Assembly: GCA_964016885.1 (NCBI GenBank)
Contig: OZ024741.1
Location: forward strand, 123,380,001-123,444,000
Length of the DNA: 64,000 nt
Source of the DNA: Eledone cirrhosa
Lineage: Eukaryota
Direction of reading: 5' to 3'
Shown: positions 55,865 through 64,000 of the stretch, in pieces
Layout of the letters: each line of letters begins with the position of its first letter
Position numbering within the stretch: the first letter of the stretch is position 1
Program-made: the position numbers and the translations under genes
The notes under the pieces: model-generated
Seen by the model: the letters and a program-made list of their open reading frames with translations, nothing else
The model's database searches: none
What the model was told of the DNA's origin: nothing

Positions 55865-56017
55865 TTCATTATTTAACGATCGTTTCTAGGACAAATATGT
55901 GTTAGAATTGGCATGCATATTTAACAGATCTATGTACAAAATTATACAAAATTATACAAACTATCAAATTTAATATACATACCAACACATATATATGCCG
56001 TCTTCAGAAATAATGAA
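55865..56017 (-). ncRNA. Type I HHR with 10-bp stem I and a 114-nt extended stem II
   Basis: UUCAUUAUUU-CUGAAGA-[114 nt]-GAAA-C GAUC G-UU^-AAAUAAUGAA; the insert is self-complementary. Confidence 0.72.
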
Positions 56018-56798
56018 ATATATTTATTGATAATAACAACAATTCAAAATTACAGGTCTGTTTGGGAACAGAGTTCAAATTGACCAATGAAATACACAGA
56101 AATATGTCCAGAAAATACAGTTAGGTGTGTGTATATATGTAAGTAACTTCGTTCACAGATATGCATAACAATATATGTTCACATGCATACGCATGTCGAA
56201 AAAATGTATGTAAATACAAAAATTCAGGGCTAATGTCTCTGTATGTTTATAATCTACAGATAAAATACATATACGTATATAAACATATATACACACATAA
56301 ACATACATTCACACACACACGCGCATATACGCATAAACATACACATAACCACGAACATACACACACACACCCACACACACACACACAAACATCTATGTGT
56401 ATATATTATTATCATAAGCATATGGACATTAAGGCGCGCACATAAGCACTGCCACATATATTTAGGTCCAGATACAGAAAGTAGGTGGGGGGGGGGGGTC
56501 AGTATTTCCGGGTGTCAGACAAACTGCCTATTTAAAATGTATCTATAAATTTAGAAATAAAAAGAAGAATATTTAAAAAATATATATATATAAACAAGTA
56601 AAATATAAAATACACATCGATATACATATATATATATATATATATACACACATACATACACACATATATATATATATACACATATATATACATATATATA
56701 CACACACATATATATATAGAGACACATACATATACACATATAAATACATAGACACATATACATACACACATATATATATATACATATACATATTCACA

Positions 56799-56845
<47 letters not shown>

Positions 56846-56924
56846 TGTACATACACATATACACATACATACCCATATATATATATATATACATACACAT
56901 ACACACACACATATACACACACAC

Positions 56925-56981
<57 letters not shown>

Positions 56982-57133
56982 CATACATACATACACATAT
57001 ATATACACACACACACATACACATACATATACGCATATATACACACAAACACACATCCATGTATGCATATACACATACAACTACACGCTCACACAACTCA
57101 GACATACATAAATAAAGAGATATACATACACAC

Positions 57134-57171
<38 letters not shown>

Positions 57172-57173
<2 letters not shown>

Positions 57174-57364
57174 CGAAGGAAATGTGGTAAGGAACCAGGT
57201 GGACCATAACGCACCAAAGTACTCAATACTTGAGGTAGTAGAGTGGGTAATAGGAACCAGTAAGACCCCGACAGCTGAGCTCAAGCCGTTTCGACGGCTA
57301 ATTCAGTCCAGAATTAGCCGTCGAAACGGCTTGAGCTCAGCTGTCGGGGTCTTACTGGTTCCTA
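57172..57364. mobile_element. Short element ending in a perfect 54-bp-arm hairpin that carries the 3' half of an HHR
   Basis: 57251-57304 is the reverse complement of 57311-57364; GAAA-CGGCU ugagcuc AGCUG-UC-GGGGUC. Confidence 0.75.
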
Positions 57365-57465
57365 TATATATATATATATATATATATATAGATATACATA
57401 CACACATAAATATATATATACACACACACACACACACATATACATACATTTATATACTCATATAC

Positions 57466-57496
<31 letters not shown>

Positions 57497-57574
57497 CATA
57501 TACTCATATACATATATATAAAATAAATAAATAAATAAATAAATAAATAAATACACAGTCAGACAATTATGCAC

Positions 57575-57613
<39 letters not shown>

Positions 57614-57743
57614 CACTCATCAACTACAAATATATATATATACTCACATATACACGCACACATACGCATATATATACACACACACACATACACATAGACA
57701 TATATATATACATATATATACACACACACATATATACATATAT

Positions 57744-57790
<47 letters not shown>

Positions 57791-58288
57791 TACACCATCA
57801 TACACCCTTATTTACATGCGCACATATGTATTTTTATACTCACATACAAGCACCCAAACATACATACCTACCTACATATACATACGTACATCCACGCTTA
57901 CAAATACAAATAATTATAGGGGGGGGGGGAGGGGGTTATAGTAAATATAGGTTTCAAGGAACATAGAATATTAAATTGCATCTAGATCATAATATGTGTT
58001 TACATAGTAGTTTCAGTATTAGGAAATGTAAGAAAGATAACAAAATTATGCATTTTAATATAAGTAGACTATTAATTATAGGTTAACTAAATTAAAAATT
58101 ATATATTAATTTCTATAGTATATGTTAATTAGGTTTATAATAATTAAAACAGATTTTGTATTTTATCTATAGTAAAATATGATTATAGGTTAACAAAAAA
58201 TAAAAAATAAAAATTAATATATATATATATATATATATAAAATAAAGTTAAATAAAAGTCAAATGATTAAAATTTAGCTTCGTTTATT

Positions 58289-58343
58289 ACGGCTATATAT
58301 ATTTCAGTGACAGCCATCTTTGGCTGTGACCTCTTCATGCAGT
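58289..58343 (-). ncRNA. Mutated copy of the PLE HHR
   Basis: Core AUGAAGA (C3A) and stem I 3' strand GCCGU instead of GCAGU. Confidence 0.65.
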
Positions 58344-61300
58344 TTGAATTAGTATGGTATAGACAAGTACATATGTTGTTTAGGTGTATGATATTGTCAA
58401 TACTCTGATATGCCCAGTTCCTTGTTGAGTTGTTAATTCACTGGGGAACTGGAGTCATATGAATTCAAACAAACGAATTTTAGTGTCACAGGTCCCCTTC
58501 TCCTCTCATTGGTCAGTTATTAGTGTTGTTATTGTTGGAGTTAGCTTAAAAATTGATAAAATGGTAGAAGGGACAAGGTGTTGAAGGAACAAAATATCAA
58601 AAAATGTGTCAAACTTCCCATTGTTCAGTTCTGAGAGCATTCCTCAGTCAGAAGTCTATAGAATTCTTTCTGGGGTGAGGCTCCCTGTAGTGTTTATGCC
58701 TGCTATTGTTCAGTACATTTGACCTCCACCATTATTTTGGTACTGTTGTTGTTGTAGTGGTCAGCTTATATCTTGCTGCTGCTAACAATTTAGAAGTATT
58801 CAGTTTGTGTTTTCTCTTCATCCCACTCGCCACCATCGTAGTGGTGGTGGCGGGGGGGGGGGGGTTATTTCATGTATATGAAGAAATATAAGGCAATAAA
58901 TGAAGAAAACAGAAGATAAATAAATAATATAATAAAATAAAATAATTAATATAATTTGTGTAATTTGAAAATAAATAAATAAAAAGAGAATAAAGAATAA
59001 AGAGTAAATGAGAGATTGGTGAAAAAGTAATGATAATGTATATGGAGAAGTGAGAAATAATGTAGGATAAAGTGTGTGTGTGTGTGTGCTATAACCAATC
59101 TCAAGGTCAGAATATGTTGGATAGATTGGTATGATACAAGATGTTAAGATGAGATATTCAATGTGTTTGTGTTATAATCTATCTCAACTTAAAATAAATA
59201 TAAATATAAGGTTATACAGTGAAGAGGGCAGAAAACAAATAACAAATTAATATAGAGAAATCAAGATTTAAGATTGGAACTTTAAAGTCAGAAATCTGGT
59301 AAATTAAAAGTGTTTGTGTTATAGATGTTGGCCAGATTATTATGGCTGTGTCCGATTCTGTCTCTAGGCTATCATGGTGTCTGCTCCGCCTGGGTTGTTC
59401 CCTATGGCTTGAGGGGAGTTCACAACCTAGGGTGTTGTAATTGTCCATATAGCTTGAGGGAGGTCTGGCCGAGAGGTGTTTTCATGTTCTGTAGAAGTCC
59501 CTATAGCTTGAGGGGAGTTCACATCTTCTTGTGTTGCTACTGTCCATATATTTTGAGAAAGGTCCCGGCTCTAAGGTGTCTGCATGTCCCGAAGAAGTCG
59601 GTTCTGAGGTTTATCAGGCCGCTTCCACCTCTTAGTATCTCGAGGGTCTCGTTCAGGCATAGTTTGCATATGCAAGATCCCCCTTTATCGGGTGGTACTT
59701 TCCTGATTATGTACCAGGCCAGAGAGTATGGGGGTCCTGTCCAGCTTAAGCTTCCAGATCAGGTCGGAGAGAGCTGTGCTTTTCCTTTTGGCCTCCTTCT
59801 TGAATGAATGGCGATGGTTGTACCAGCGGTCCTTAAAGCTCGTTGATGTGGCTCCTATGTAGAGATGTTCGGAGTTGGGGGTTTTAACCCTACAACCGTA
59901 CACTATGTTCTTCTTGAGACATTCATTACCAAGGGGGCATGATTCGGGGTTTCTACAGTTGCAGAGGGTGGGCGGCCTCTGCGGGCTTAGATTAGGGTTC
60001 TCATTATGTGTTACATGTTGGTCTTCCCCCATGCTCGGTGGGGGGTCCTTGGGTCTGTTTGTGTTTCTTGGGTGGGCTCTGGGTCCCCCCTTCCCTCCTT
60101 TCACATGGTTCTGCTGAGTGTTTGTATTGCCATCTTCTGGTTGTGTGTGGTTTTTAAGCCTACTTCTGTTGATGCTAGCTATGTGTTGGGCCAAATTTCT
60201 CGTGGTGGAATACGAAAGGTTCACAGTGTGTCTGTTGAAGATCCTGTGGTATCTGTGGTCCCTCGGGAAGCATTTGTCAAGTGCTCCAAAGAACAATCGG
60301 GCCAAGCTTTTCTTTAGGGCCGCTGAGTAGGGTGGGTTGTACCACGTGATTTGTCGGTGTCTCCTCCTATATGTGTGGGTTGAGGGCTTCGTGATTTGTT
60401 GGAGATTTGTTGGTTTGCTGGTGGTTTCCGCACTGTTGCTTCCCTTTTGGGCTCTATACTTTCTGTTATCTTCACGGCCCGGATTTGTGGGGTGGTTGTT
60501 GTCTGCCCCGGGAGATCCATCGTGGGGTGGTCGCCCGTTTCCTCCCCCCCACGTGTCCTGCCGTTGGGGTTGTCCGTCCTGGGGTAGTTAGCATCACGCC
60601 TGAGACTGCTACTCATATTGTGCTCCATCTCGTGGTCAAGCGCACTAGTCCCCACCGCCCGTGTGGTGGTGTCTGGTACATGGTGCCTATTTGATTTTGC
60701 TCTGCCTGTATTGTTAGGGTTCGCCCTCCCCCCTCTGGTAACGCGGTTGTGGGTGTCTGTTGGGCTATCCACCTCCCGGCTTTTCGGACTATATGTTATA
60801 TTTTGTCCATGTGCCGCCTTCTTTAGAGCTGCGTTGTAATATTCCGCGTGGTTGTTGAATATTTCCTTACTTGCGGACAGGCTGGAGATCCTGTCCGAGA
60901 CACTCTTCACCACTGCCTTGGTTATGGATCTAGGGTGGTTTGATTTGGCGTTAACATATACTAGTTTCTCGTTGGGCTTGTGGTAGGGGTAGTATTGCTC
61001 GGTGTTCAGGTTTAGGCTGGTGTCTAGGAAGTTAACTACCTTCCTATTTGGGTCTATTTCTATGCTGAGCCCCTGGTTCTTAAAGAAATGGCGAATACGC
61101 CTCCTCATACCCTCCAACATATTGGTGCTGTGGTCATGTACTGTGAATAGAGCATCGTCACGATATAATCCGCCGCCCAGGCAGGGGATTTCATCTTTCA
61201 TCTGCTTCAGCAGGTAGAGCCCAACCAGGTCCGTTACCTGCGCTGAGTCGCTGGAGCCCATCGTGATGTCAAAGTTATTTGGCCAATCACTCCTGGTCCA

Positions 61301-62117
61301 CAGGTCTCCATCGAAGCGGATTAAGATCTTTCTTGCGGCGTGGATGATGCTCACCTCCTCTCGGGTTAGGTCCGTATTGGACATCGCTAAAAATAGGGCC
61401 TTATTAAGTACTATGGGTGAGATTGAGGAGTAGTAGCTTGCGATGTCCAGTTGTATAAAGCTGGTCCTACTTTTCTCCTGCAGTATTTTGAACCATTCTA
61501 TTACTTCTCTCGTGCATGACCATTGCTGTAATTTGGTTTTTTTCCGAAGCTTGGGCAAAATCCTATCCAGTATTCTTTTACTGACGATCCCTAGGTCAGA
61601 TCTGGAGGGGGCATTTAGTCTGACAGGGAGGTCGGACTCAAAGTTTGACTTGTGGTCTTGAATACTTCTAAATTGTTAGCAGCAGCAAGATATAAGCTGA
61701 CCACTACAACAACAACAGTACCAAAATAATGGTGGAGGTCAAATGTACTGAACAATAGCAGGCATAAACACTACAGGGAGCCTCACCCCAGAAAGAATTC
61801 TATAGACTTCTGACTGAGGAATGCTCTCAGAACTGAACAATGGGAAGTTTGACACATTTTTTGATATTTTGTTCCTTCAACACCTTGTCCCTTCTACCAT
61901 TTTATCAATTTTTAAGCTAACTCCAACAATGACAACACTAATAACTGACCAATGAGAGGAGAAGGGGACCTGTGACACTAAAATTCGTATGTTTGAATTC
62001 ATATGACTCCAGTTCCCCAGTGAATTAACAACACAACAAGGAACTGGGCATATCAGAGTATTGACAATATCATACACCTAAACAACATATGTACTTGTCT
62101 ATACCATACTAATTCAA

Positions 62118-62172
62118 ACTGCCTGAAGAGGTCACAGCCAAAGATGGCTGTCACTGAAATATATATAGCAGT
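62118..62172 (+). ncRNA. Intact-looking type I HHR in the PLE terminal repeat
   Basis: ACUGC-CUGAAGA-GGUcACAGCCA aaga UGGCUGUcACU-GAAA-UAUAUA-UA^-GCAGU; perfect 5-bp stem I. Confidence 0.85.
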
Positions 62173-62313
62173 AATAAACGAAGCTAAATTTTAATCATTT
62201 GACTTTTATTTAACTTTATTTTACACTACTCCGGAGTAACCAAACCAACCTGCGCACTTCGTCGAGTGCTCCAGCCTGCATACTGAGGTGTTGGTATACA
62301 ACCAACATAAACT

Positions 62314-64000
<1,687 letters not shown>

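Overview
AT-rich, microsatellite-dense animal genomic DNA; the SINE family and repeat landscape suggest a coleoid cephalopod such as Octopus (inference). Most entries in the ORF track are (TA)n/(CA)n/(CATA)n artefacts. The only host gene is a minus-strand 5-HT2-type serotonin receptor: two coding exons, 11072-10655 and 5554-4422, about 516 aa, with at least one more exon upstream. The rest is mobile DNA: tRNA-derived SINEs, an RTE fragment with a 5' inversion, R4/Dong-like LINEs in (CATA)n, L1/Tx1 LINEs, CRE and mariner relics, and three Penelope-like elements (PLEs). The main hidden signal is about a dozen type I hammerhead ribozyme (HHR) motifs from at least six sequence families. Some sit in PLE 3' ends. 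Others sit in non-coding 200-1100 bp elements with a shared layout: a partial tandem repeat and/or a tail-out inverted arm, inserted in (TA)n. Two of these have retrozyme-like monomers of about 319 and 435 nt. One has a U3-A8 compensatory core, and another HHR has a 114-nt stem II. All structures were read by eye and no activity has been tested.
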